Under the pieces are notes generated by a model. That model did not search any database and had not been told where the DNA came from. It saw only the letters and a program-made list of their open reading frames with translations. From Takakia lepidozioides (Eukaryota > Plantae > Bryophyta), in the NCBI GenBank assembly GCA_030704615.1, contig CM060732.1:45446001-45510000 (forward strand): a stretch of DNA of 64,000 nucleotides. Reading direction: 5' to 3'. Below, in pieces: positions 50,709-61,900 of the stretch. Each line of letters starts with the position of its first letter. Position 1 is the stretch's first letter. The translations under genes were made by a program, and so were the position numbers.

Positions 50709-53700
50709 ATGACGAGGCGTCGTTTGTTGGAGAACACAGGGCCATGGCAGCAGGTGAACGCGGAGACTGATTCACAAGAGCAGACGGAGACTGAGGCAGC
50801 GGCTGCGACACAGTCGGCGATAAGAGTGCGCCAGCCTGTGGAGGCAGAGATGATTCGCAGGGACACTGAAGAAGGTGGAAGCACGCGGAACGCCGAACCT
50901 GGAGAAGGTCAAGAAACCCTTGCGCAGACAGAAACTCCAGCAGATGTGAGAGGGAAGAGGAAAGCTGCAGAAGGGGATCAAATTTCAAAACCTAAGAAGG
51001 TGCCAGTAAGTTTTATCATATAGTCTGTCTGATTGCCTTTCAAGGAGTCCTTCCTCTTCCATTCTTTAGCAGGAACTACTGAATCGCGAGCGTCGTTAAC
51101 GCCATTCGATTCTCCTCATGAGATTTATGTACCTATGTGTTTGAAGAGAGAGTCTGCACTTACTATTCTCCCTAAACTACACTGAATGTCGTTGCCGCCA
51201 ATCAGTTGCACATGTATGTCATTACACAACACCGATCCGGCAGGTCGTTATCTTTTGTGATTGTCGTTAACGCCGTTCGCTATCGCTCTCGCTTTTGTTT
51301 TGAATACGGCAGTCTCGGCTTTGCATGTGTAGATTGTGCTGAATTCTTTCACACCATTCATGGTGAGTTTCCTTGATACAGAGTGATGGTCGTTACCGCC
51401 ATTCACTATTTGCAAATCACTCAGTCAGAACTGAATGGCATCGTGCAGAAAATTGTGAGGTCGAAGCCTACAGGATCAGAGGGGAAAGGATCTGGAGATG
51501 GGGACGAGTCCGCAAAAAGCTCAGAGAATACAGATGAAGCAGATGAATCCGAAGTGCACTACCTTGACAAGGTGAAAGAACTCATGTCATTCCAGAAGGT
51601 AAACTCTCAGGAGGTTATAAGGGACATGCTCGTATCTGGAGGGCGTCTGGACATACCTCTGTGCCGAATGATATCAATGCCTGTTGTGCGTCCACCTCTT
51701 TCCCATGACATAACAAAATTGGAGAGTGATTTTGTGCATGGATATAGACTTGGTGCACAAGTTTTTTATGTGTCACTGACGGATATAAATGGGAAAAGCA
51801 CATTAGTGTCTCCAGAGATCAGTGATAACTGGGATGAGTGCTGGAAAGATGCCAATGAGGAGTTCGAGCTGGGCCTCATGATGGGAAAGAACACCCAGCA
51901 ATTCTGCAACCACATGTTCTACGTCTGGGACGGCAACCACCGATTGCTGGCATGGATGGGATACATTCAGAAACACCATTCGAAAGACAAAGACAAGCAT
52001 GTTGCTGTGGAGGCAATGGTTTTGGATCCAGGAAACGACGTCGCTAGGCTTCTTACAGCTATGCACGACGTGAACAAGTAAGTCATCCAGGAGATTTCAT
52101 TCCCTCTGTAGTGTCTTGTTAATCCTCAAAAAACAGTGTTAAAGAATGCAATGTTTCCAATGTTTTTGCAGATCGACAGAGAAATCGCATGTGACAACAA
52201 GCTTGGTTCACACACTATTCCGAATTCAGAGGATTGGTCTGATGAAGCTAGATGATTTTCGGACAGTACTACCACCCAATATCATCAAGAAGTGCGAAAC
52301 AGGAAGAGCTGCAGGCACTTGGTATTCTTTGACACGAGAGGCGTTTCTGGAGTACATGTATGCGGTAAGCCCGAGTCTGTAATCTGTTTACTTTTCGAAT
52401 ACACGTTTGTAGTCCCTTCGGAGCTAATCACTACTTGAATGAATGCAGCAAGAACTGGCAGAGGCAGCTGAGAAGGGGAAATCCGAATATTACCGCACTA
52501 CACCAGAAGAACTAAGGACATCAAAGGGTGTGGAAGCTGCAATAAAGAAGGAGTTTGAAATGCGAAGAACCAAATTGATGTCAGACTTCGGAAAGCAGCT
52601 TAGAATAGTAGATCCTGGACTTGGTCCTGAGTTCCTTCAGCAGATCAAAACACACTATGACAAGCATGTGCATCCGGAGATGCAGCAGGAGAAATTGCAC
52701 TGGCTGGCCATATCGATGGTCGACCCACAAACAAAAATAAGGTGGCTGGAGATATGGAACTCAGATCAAACAGTAAAGGACTTGAATCTGTTCCCAAAGA
52801 GCACCATACAGCCTGGCACAAAGGTGGAAGGAATCAGTGATTTGGTCTTTGATAACTGGCTCCACAAGGCTACATTTTGGAGTCAGGTGTGTATTCGAAC
52901 ATGCTGTTTCTTCTCTTCAAGTATGTGATGTGTATCTTTTTTGCAATTCTGACAAATATACTATTTGCAGCTCGAAAAGCGCGCCGTCATTGTGCTGGAT
53001 CAGACTTTGAAGGACCTGAACATTGCGATTGTTTCCCCTCCCCAAATGTCATTGGAGGCATACATAAGGAAGTGGAGAGGTCTCACGTGGAGATACTGTT
53101 TTTTCCGGGAGTTCTCCAAAGATGGTAACATTTTACGGTCCAACGACTTTGACAGTCAGGTTGGAGGAGAGTGGGCCATGATGCGAGTTGTGTACAGGTG
53201 CAATGTCATACTTGAAACTCTACTGTTTTTTTGGGAAAAAATGTGGCTTCATATGGATTGCAATCTTAGATCCAGATTGAATGTCGTTGACGACATTCAC
53301 TTCTTTGTCTAAGTCATTCTTAAGCGAGTATATGAATTCACCTGGTTAGGATCTAAGGGTGCAATTATATTGTCCCTGATTAGAATTGATAATGTCCTTG
53401 AATGGCGTTGACGACATTCACATACGGAGTTGTTGAGAGGTCCTCAGAGTTATTTAAATTTTTGTAATGTCCATAGAGGTTACAGTGAGGGTTCCTCACT
53501 TCATTTTGCTGAATGTCAATGCAGACATTCAGTTGTTCTGCATTGTTTTTGCCTCTTGCGATGAATGTGGAGGCTTGATAAGCTCTGTTTTAAGAAATCC
53601 AAAGTGAATGTCGTTGACGAGATTCACAGCTGTGTCTGTATTATTCAACATCGACAAATTCAATTTACATGGATTGGGGAGCTAAGTAATTGGTTTCTTT

Positions 53701-56026
53701 TTTGTATTTTTGTGAATGGCGTTGACGCCATTCACATACAGTGATGTTGTGAGGTCCTCAGTGATAGGTTCGTTATGAATGTGCATTGAGTTTGCCTGGA
53801 GGGTTCCTTACTCAATTTTTTGATTTCCATCCTGTGATTTTGCTTCATTTAAGTAATAATTTTGGCTTCATTCTTGAATGTCGTTGACGACATTCACTTC
53901 TATGTCTGTGTCATTTCTAAACGATTATTTGCATTCACCTGGATTAGGATGTATTTACAGTGTCATTGAATGGAATGTTCTGAATGGCGTTGACGACATT
54001 CATATCTGGAGCAGTAGTGTGGTCCTGAAAGGTCCTTGGGGCAGTTGTCAGAGCCATTTCAATCTATGTTTTATTCTTTCTGTTCTACTTGCATCTTACT
54101 CACTGAGCGCTTTTGTGGGTTGGGATTTATCTCCTTTTTTCAGGTACACGAAATATGTGCTTATGGAAGGAAATCACCTGAGCGGAATTCCCAACTATCT
54201 TGACATGTGGTCGGACCCAGCAAACGATCCAACCATGTATACTGCAGGGATATTGAAGGACTGGAGTCCTTCTCACTTCAGAGACTGTGGGTGGTACCTT
54301 GACTGCCCACCTGAGCACACGACCTTTCAAGAACAACATATGAAATACTTGAACAATAACGCTGAGATGCTGGCGCCTTTGACTGACGAAGAGTATCAAC
54401 GAAACATAGCAACCTTGGCTGCCAAGGAGCCTGATGCTCAGGGAACGCCGCAGAAGGGAAAGAAGGCGGGCCGCAAACCAAAAGACAAGGCTGTTGATGT
54501 CATAGCCATCTCACCAGCAAAGCCAAAGGACAAAGACAAGTCCAGAGAGAAGGAAAAGGACAAGGGGAAGGAGAATGAAAAGGAGATGGAGAGTGGGCAG
54601 GACTTTACTGCTGGAAGATATACCCGCACTCTTCAGTGCGTGTTCGATGCCAAGCCACACCCTTCCCGTTCTGATTCAGCAGGAGAGATGAAAATTGTTA
54701 ATGAGGGTTGGCTTTCGATGATGCAAAGTCGAAAGAGAGGATACACTGGGGTGCCATCCCCTACCTGGGACAATATAATCTCATTCCTCAATCTGGTGAG
54801 AATTCCAGTTTCTTTCCTTTTTCTCTGAAAGTTTCGTTGGCAGTATTTCAATCTCGTTCTTTGAAAACATTCTTGCCATCGTTCTTATAAAAAACATGTC
54901 TGTTGCAGGTGAGCACAGGTCCCACCTTCGTGTGCGGTGTGCAGAAAACTTATGCGGCCGACATTGTCATTCTCGACATCCCGGATGGCCAGGCTGTGCC
55001 AGAAGTTCTTCCAAAGGGCAAGACGCCAGGCTGGAACAAATTCGAGGACAACTACTGGAGTTGGGTGTTCGGGTTCTGTAACAATTTCCTCTCTGATGCA
55101 GGGACACTTCTGCTTTTTCAGTCATGTGACAATGATAGTCGTCGGGCATTGGCATCATACCTCAAGTCTTCAGGGTTTGAAGTTTTGCGCACATGGAATT
55201 GTGTGAACAGCCTCTACCTTGTGAAAGGGGGTTTCCCTGGTCAGCTGGTATGCCGTCTCCCTTCTGCTTGTGCTTTGATCATGAGTTTCAATTTTCTCTG
55301 CAGCTCCACTCTAGTAGAATGTTTTATGATCGACACCGATCATCAACGATTCATGATTTTTTTGTGTCAGAGTTCTGAATAGCCGATGTACACACTTCCA
55401 CTATAGATTGTGTTTACCACACTAACCTGCTATCTTTGCCAGACGAGGATGTTCGAGGCGATCTGCCTGCGGAGGATTCGCACATCAAAGACACCATCCT
55501 CCATCCGCAGCTTTGAGATTTCTGACCAGGGTTGTTTCGTCAACCCCCCCTATGAGCCCCATGTCGATGACATTTTGTACAACTTCATGCAGTCCAGTCA
55601 GACTCTGAAGAGACCAGATGGCACTCCCTGGAGAGGTGCAAAGGAAAAGTCACCAGCATTCATGCAAATACTGCTGGAGTCATGCAGCCACCGCTCTGCA
55701 CGGGTGGTCGATCTTTCTGTGTCCACAGGTTCGTTTTTTCCCTTCCGAATTGGTTTCTTTTCAACAGTTTCATCTGCTTAAATCCCCCCCTCCAAACTGT
55801 TCATGTTCTCCTGTCTGGTGCAGGAGCAACTTACCACGCATGCAAGGCAGGCGGAAGAATCTTTTTTGGCATGGAGGGTGATTCTGACCTCTACAACACC
55901 GTGCTCCTCCCCCTTTTGTCTGGCTCCACTTCAGGTACACAGACTGATCGGATTCAAATTCGAAATGATGACGATCCCGAAGATAAGCAGGTCGACAACG
56001 ACTTTACCGCCACATCAGCATGCTGA
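50709..56026 (+). CDS. ParB/Srx-like domain fused to a beta-class N4-cytosine/N6-adenine DNA methyltransferase-like domain, 9 exons, about 1095 aa
   Basis: Exons 50709-51005, 51425-52077, 52172-52364, 52449-52886, 52971-53197, 54144-54795, 54909-55247, 55443-55728 and 55824-56026 join in phase (3288 nt, no internal stop). ParB-like DIPLCRM...VRP...FYVWDGNHRLLAW. MTase-like ADIVILDIPDG (motif IV), FLSDAGTLLLF (VI), KEKSPAFMQILLESCS (X), VVDLSVSTGATYHAC (I) and GRIFFGMEGD (II). Confidence 0.8.
53278..54002. repeat. Intronic array of seven 22-bp palindromes TGAATG(T/G)CGT-TG-ACG(A/C)CATTCA within a degenerate higher-order tandem repeat
   Basis: Copies start at 53278, 53399, 53510 (degenerate), 53605, 53713, 53875 and 53981. 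Degenerate copies also occur in intron 1 (~51091, 51183, 51258, 51383). Confidence 0.9.
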
Positions 56027-57359
56027 CATGACGCTCACGCCACGTCAGCGTGTGTGCAGGCTCACGCCACGTCACTCCTGCGTGAGCGTACGCTCGCGCG
56101 CTCACGTGCAACGCTCACGCCATTGCGTCGTTGGCTGTCAACCACCACAGAGCCGGAATCCATACACCTGCAGAGGATGATCTGTCAGAAGAAGATGAAG
56201 TCATGGAGCCGTATTGTGGCCCCCGGTGTGATAGACCGAAGCAGCCTAGATATTGAGAATGGATTCTTTGTCTTCGTTCGACCAGTAGATACTATGACGT
56301 TTCCAGTTTGGATGGGGATGACAATATCGGATGTGGTCCGCGATAGAGGATCCAGAAATTTTAAGAAGGTTCACGTCCAATGGTGGAGACCCAAGAAATG
56401 AGGTAGCCCTTCCGATTTGGACAGGTATAGAGATTGTTGGTCCAAAGTTTGGGAGTTCAATCCAGATGATCCCCCTCAATGGATTCACATTAATTCTATC
56501 GTTTGGACAATGCCCGCCAGAAAAAACACGACACGTAATAGCTTTAAGAAAATTACCGCGGTAGAGGCGGAGAAAGCACGAGCAAATTTGGATGAGGCCA
56601 ATCAACAGTCAGACAATGAAGACAATGCAACCTCGGGCGGAGAACAAGGTTGACAAGGACATGTTGTGGAGGTTCACTCCTCGACTTGTTTTCAAGAATA
56701 AAACTAATGTTTTACCTCCACTCTCCATTTGTTTCTCTTCACGTGTTCAAATATTAATCTACCTTCTTTGCCAGCCACCAGTTTTTTTCCGGACCTCATC
56801 TCTGTAACGTTTCAGGAACCTCGAGTGATCATCCGGAGTTCCTAGTTTTCCTGATGTCACTGCTTCCTTCTCTTTGCAGTTCCTCTCTCACATTACACCC
56901 ATTTCTTTTGGTTCTCTGGTTCTCACCAAAATGTCTTCTCCTCAACAGATTCGCCCATCTCCTTCATTTTCGGTCCACATGGTCGTATTGTTGGGCTCAA
57001 TATGATTGGTCTAAAAAATGTCCCGAGTATAAACCGCGTGGCAATTTGTGAAAGTTGTTGCTTCAATGGATAGGCTTTCTCGCGGTTTACTGCTTGTGAA
57101 TCTTGTGAATCTTCTCCCATTACTCGTCAGTAACTTTCTGTAAGTCTGGCTTCAAGTACAGAGTTACATTTCATTTACTGCCTTTTCGGACTATCTTAAG
57201 ATTCTTCTCAATTTTCTTCGTCACTAATCAGTCCTGAACCTCGCTTTGTCACCCGTTATTCCGTGTCATCTCAAGTCAATTTATGTTGGGCCTGTTTATC
57301 TTATTAGGACCTTCTAAAGACAGTACTTTTGGGGCCTTCAGTCCTTACATTGTCCTCAC

Positions 57360-58210
57360 CTTAAACCATATACCCTAAACCTAATTCGAATGTTTGATAC
57401 GCATTCTTCAAGGGTTACAAGGGCATAATAGAATGGCCCTTGGGATATTTCATTCAAGTCTAATTTACTCAGTAGTATGTTTACTACACTACTCAACTCT
57501 ATACCTAAAACCTAATTCCAATGTCTGATGTCTATTTAATTTATTGCTTCCAGTTTTGGATGCGGTCGAAGTGGAGGGGATATTTCCTGAATTGTTGTAC
57601 GACCTCCACGTAAAGACTCACATTCCATAATTGTTTGTCCATTTATAGTTCTCTAAACAATAAACCCTAAGCCCTTAAACGTAACTCCATTGTTTGATGT
57701 ACATTCTTCATAGATTAGATACAATCTGTGGTTGGGAAATTTTATTCCCTAAACCCTAAATCATAGGTGACAAATCATCTGTACCCTTCCCAATATTTTC
57801 TTTTCCATTCATACCGAGTATTATGCAGGTTAGTACCCTCGCAAACTCTATACCCTCAAATCTAATTTCAATGTTTGATGCTTATTTATTTATTACTTCC
57901 GATTTTGGGTACGGTCGAAATGGTGGGGATAATATTTCATGAATTGTTCTACGTATGGGTAAAGACTCAAACTCCATAATTGTTTGTCCATTTACAGTTT
58001 TCTGAAACCCTAAACCCTAAACCAAACTCCACTGTTTGATTCACATTCCTCATAGAAATTTGGATATAATTTGTGGTTGGGATATTTCATTAACAAATTT
58101 TCATAGGTGCCAAGTCATCTGTACACTTTCCCATATTTTCTTTTTCATTCATACCAAGTACTATGTTTCAATGTACCCTAGTAAACTCTAAAACATAAAA
58201 CCTAATTCCA
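57360..58210. repeat. Degenerate ~350-bp AT-rich tandem repeat with short telomere-like AAACCCT motifs
   Basis: 57500-57650 aligns with 57850-58000 (CTAATT.CAATGT.TGATG...CGGTCGAA.TGG.GGGGAT...AAAGACTCA.A.TCCATAATTGTTTGTCCATTTA). CCCTAAACCCTAAA at ~57748 and ~58008. Confidence 0.75.
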
Positions 58211-58939
58211 GCTTGGTTCAATGACTTTATAGCTGAATCTACAAGACACTCTTCCACAATATTTGGTTGTAATATGAACCTTTCGGAATGATCCCTAAAT
58301 ATTTTGAAAGATAATTCACATATTTCATTGAAATCCAACCTTATTCCATTCAACGTTTTAATCCATCAATTGAAAACTTGCAATATATTGGTTTATGGTA
58401 CTACTATACTGTAAGCATGGTATGGATGTTTACTTTTCATTTGTATATTATCTTCTTGGATCATCTGTTTATGTCATACATCTATCAATTTATTAATAAC
58501 TTCATTCAATCGATCTTATCTTTATAATTTTCTGATGCAAAGTACGTCATTCGACTTACCATTCGATGTTACATGAATGGGATTGTGCAACTTCACAAGT
58601 TAAATGACTAAATATTCCACGATATTATTATTATTACCTGATTTAATTTTAATTATGTTATATATTAAGTTTGGTCCGGATTTAAGCCAAAAGTCCGGAA
58701 TTACTTAAAATAGGGTTAGAGTAATCAGCCTAAACACCAAATGTCACCGTGTGGCACACTCCAACAGGGCACTTAAGATGAGCACCCTCAGCGTTTCTGC
58801 CTGAGAGACTCGAAATTGAGGTGAGCGCGGACTTTGGTATCTCGATTTTTCTTATGCCTCCAGTTGATGTCGTTGTAATCGGGAAAACCAAGGGATCCCC
58901 TGAAGCTAGGGGAGTCTCCAGTCGACTGGAGGTCGAGAT

Positions 58940-61900
58940 GATCAAGTGACCCTGTCTCCCTCGCGAACACACAATATTCCAAGGTAAGCCCATTCTGCAT
59001 CAAATTGTGTGTGCAGGGCTGCCCTTCTGCTCTCAAAACATCTGCGAGCTGAGTCCATCACCACCCCCCACATCTTACTATCTTCAATTACAATGTCATA
59101 ATAAATGTGTTGCAAGGTAGCCCAAATATTAGCTGGTTTTTGCAAGGAACATCTTGCCTTCCAGATATGCCAGAGGGTTAATGCCCGCAGGCAGTTCCAC
59201 ACTTGGCAATCGCTCCAGGAATGAGAGCTAGAAGAGTTAAGCAAGAGAATAAGGGGATCCGAATAGTCAAACCTTCGTCAATGACTATAGAAGGACCAGG
59301 ATTTAAGCCAAACCTGTCTAGCAAAAGAACAAGAGACCAAACAGTGCTCCATCGTTTCCATTGACTATCCAACACAAGATAGACAACAGTTGTCAAGTGG
59401 GGGTTGAGAGAAAGCTAAAGGAAGAATTCTATTACTGGTCTTCCAAAGGAAAGTTGAGTGTTTGGCCGCCCGTTGCTTAAGCCAAATATCAACCCAAACA
59501 TGCCTCCACGCATCTTGATGCATACCGAGGTGGACCCATTTTCTGGAGAGTTTAGTCTTGATAGGCAAAGATACTGCCTGCATCCTGTATCCCATCTTAA
59601 CCGAATACGAGAGAAAAAGTTTCACAGAATCGTTTACACACCACTTCCACTCACCAGGGTCCCATTGAAGCTGAGAAATGGGAGACCTTATAAACCAAAA
59701 CACAAAGATGCATGAACCCCATTGACTTAGTGTGCCAGCACTGTTGTGTACGCATGATTCACCACCCATGAATTTCTCTCAATAATCCTAACTGCATACG
59801 AACAGTTCCAATTAGCTCGACCCAACACAAGTCAATGAACCGTCATCAGCAGCACTGAAGCCCAACCTAGAAGCCCCCCGGTCACCAACCTCAGTAATAT
59901 ACATGACATCACATGGCTGGCCACCTATGCATCCTCTCCACACAGGAAGCTGGCAATGCTCTCTACCAAGCTGTAGAGTGGGAGCCCATCTCTCCTGGAC
60001 AGCCTGAGAGATGATGGGCCATCCATGGGCTATACTATTCCGATGAAGATGGAAGGGCCCAGAGGCTGGGTCAACAAATCCCGAAGGAGTCCAAATGTCT
60101 TGCACCCATTGGATACCACTTAGCCCAGCGGGCCGAAGCCAAAGCCAAAGACTCATTATCCAATTGCATGTTGCAAAACAAAGGCTGTCTAAAAGCCTCA
60201 TCCCAAGAGGAAGGAAGGGTTTGGTAAAGGAACTCTCTAAGAACAGTCCAAGCATTCCAAATGGCCCGCTAGGCATCTGAACCCCCCACTGGTTTGCGAT
60301 TGCCACGACCACCTTGAACCAGCCATCTAAGACTTAGGGACCATTCTTGGCTGGAAGAGGGGATGGAACGTTGAATGTTCCTCCATATAAGGTATTTCCA
60401 GGGACCAAAAAAGGGAAGCAAAGATCGGGGGATCCATTTCCCAAGCAGAGCTCTAATCTCACGCTCAATGTCAAGCATGCCCAGCCCCCCATCTTTGTTT
60501 TGCAACACATCTACTCCCAAGAAATCAGAGCCCTCTTAGAAGAACTAACATCTTTTGCCCCCCAAAGAAAAATACGAATAAGGGCCTTGAATTTAAGGAG
60601 AATTTAGGAGAATTTTGCCAGGATCCCAAATCGAAGCCGTGAACCAAAGAGAACCTTCCAACACTTGGTTGGCCACCAAAACCCTGCCCGCCAAAGATAG
60701 CTGAGTAGCACTCCAAAAACAAGCCAAAAACAAAGACGCCTCTTGATGGATGAGATGATCTTATCAAAGCGTTTCTCAAAGGAAATAGAGTGACCCATGA
60801 GGTGACCAAGCAAGGAGTGTGAATCCCCATCAGTCAGCCAGCAAAAGCCAAGGTCCAGACCCCAAAGAAGGAGATGAGCAGACTGACGAGATCCTAGGGA
60901 AAGAATCCCAACCGATTTGCCCCAATTAACTTTAAAACCTGAGGCTAAACAGAACAAGTTCAAGGAACTAATCCCAATGTCAATGTTCCTTTTGTTTAAG
61001 TTCCTTAAATATAAAACCGTATCGTCAGCATACATAGATACTTTAAGGTTATAGGGAAGGGAACCCAAGACTGGAATGATAAGGACCGTGAAATCAGACT
61101 GAGAATCCATAAGATAGCCAAGACAATCAGCCGCAATTGAAAACAGGAAGGGGGAGAGGGGGCAGCCTTGCCTCACCGAGCGTTGCAGAGGAAAGGTTTT
61201 TGAAAGCCAGCCATTAGTAAGAACCCTGCAGATCCCAAAAAAAGTAGAATCTTAATCCAGTCCATAAAGGAGCCATGGATGCCGGACTTAAGAGGCTGCA
61301 AGAAGAAAGTCCCAATTAAGCAAAATGTAGGGCCTCATTGGCCAGGAGAATATAAACCGATTCTTCACAAATCCAGTCTGCGCCGGACGAATCATAGATG
61401 GCAGCAAGGATTGAAGCCGGATGGCCAGGGCTTTGGCAATAATCTTGTAAGTCGTGTTTAGAAGAGTGATAGGGCGGTAATTGGCTATGTTATCCTTAGC
61501 ACCCTTTTTGAATATGAGGGCTATGACTCCCATGGACATCTGAGAAGGCATCAATTTCTTGGCCAGGATGTCGTTAGCCATAGCCAAGAAATGCTTTGAA
61601 AGAGCCAGCCAAAGGGCACTATAAAATTCCATCAGAATCCCATCCACCTCAAGGGACTTGAGAGGCTTAAGACTAGACAAGGCATCTTGCAACTCTATAT
61701 CCGAAAATTCCACATTAAGGGAATCAGCCTGCGCCAGAGAAAGAAGCGGAGGTATCTTACCACAAACCTCTTCCCGAGGAGAAAGGGAGGCAAAAGAAAC
61801 AGGGTCCGAAGAAAAAAGGCTAGAAAAATAATCCTTGGCAATGTTTGAGAGCTTCTTAGGATGCGAATGAGGGCAATTCAAAGCATCCCTCAAGCTGGTA

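Larger units (their letters stand above)
45404..56133. mobile_element. 10.7-kb Mutator-like (MULE) DNA transposon carrying a transposase and a ParB-methyltransferase cargo gene
   Basis: 9-bp TSD GCTGTCAAC at 45395-45403 and 56134-56142. Imperfect ~45-bp TIRs (CAGGGATGCCTCGGCGTGAGCCTGGTCACGTGAGCGCGTGAGCG versus reverse complement CAACGACGCAATGGCGTGAGCGTTGCACGTGAGCGCGCGAGCG). Excision restores the host transposase frame. Confidence 0.88.
36517..56653 (+). pseudogene. Decayed Sola-like (DUF7869-type) DNA transposase gene in three pieces (36517-37508, 43530-45403, 56143-56653), split by two nested insertions
   Basis: CCNLQCC, VCETAWW, FAKCTDC, IIHDKMD, LYLQLDNCMKENKN and FLMVGHTHEDIDG motifs. 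Removing the LTR element restores STKA-YITIEG. Removing the MULE restores WPSTKWAVN-HHRAG...EPYCGPR. Many stops and frameshifts; outer termini not resolved. Confidence 0.75.

Noticed and set aside
53278-54002. CRISPR array interpretation of the spaced palindromes
   Set aside because: Spacers are 73-140 bp, variable and related to each other. The context is a eukaryotic intron and there are no cas genes.
57740-58025. Interstitial telomere
   Set aside because: Only about two tandem CCCTAAA units per site, embedded in a longer repeat.
33592-58730. Outer-element termini GGCTAACCA...TAATCAGCC with a TAA duplication
   Set aside because: Only 6 of 9 terminal bases match, and a 3-bp repeat is expected by chance. 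Kept as a candidate only.
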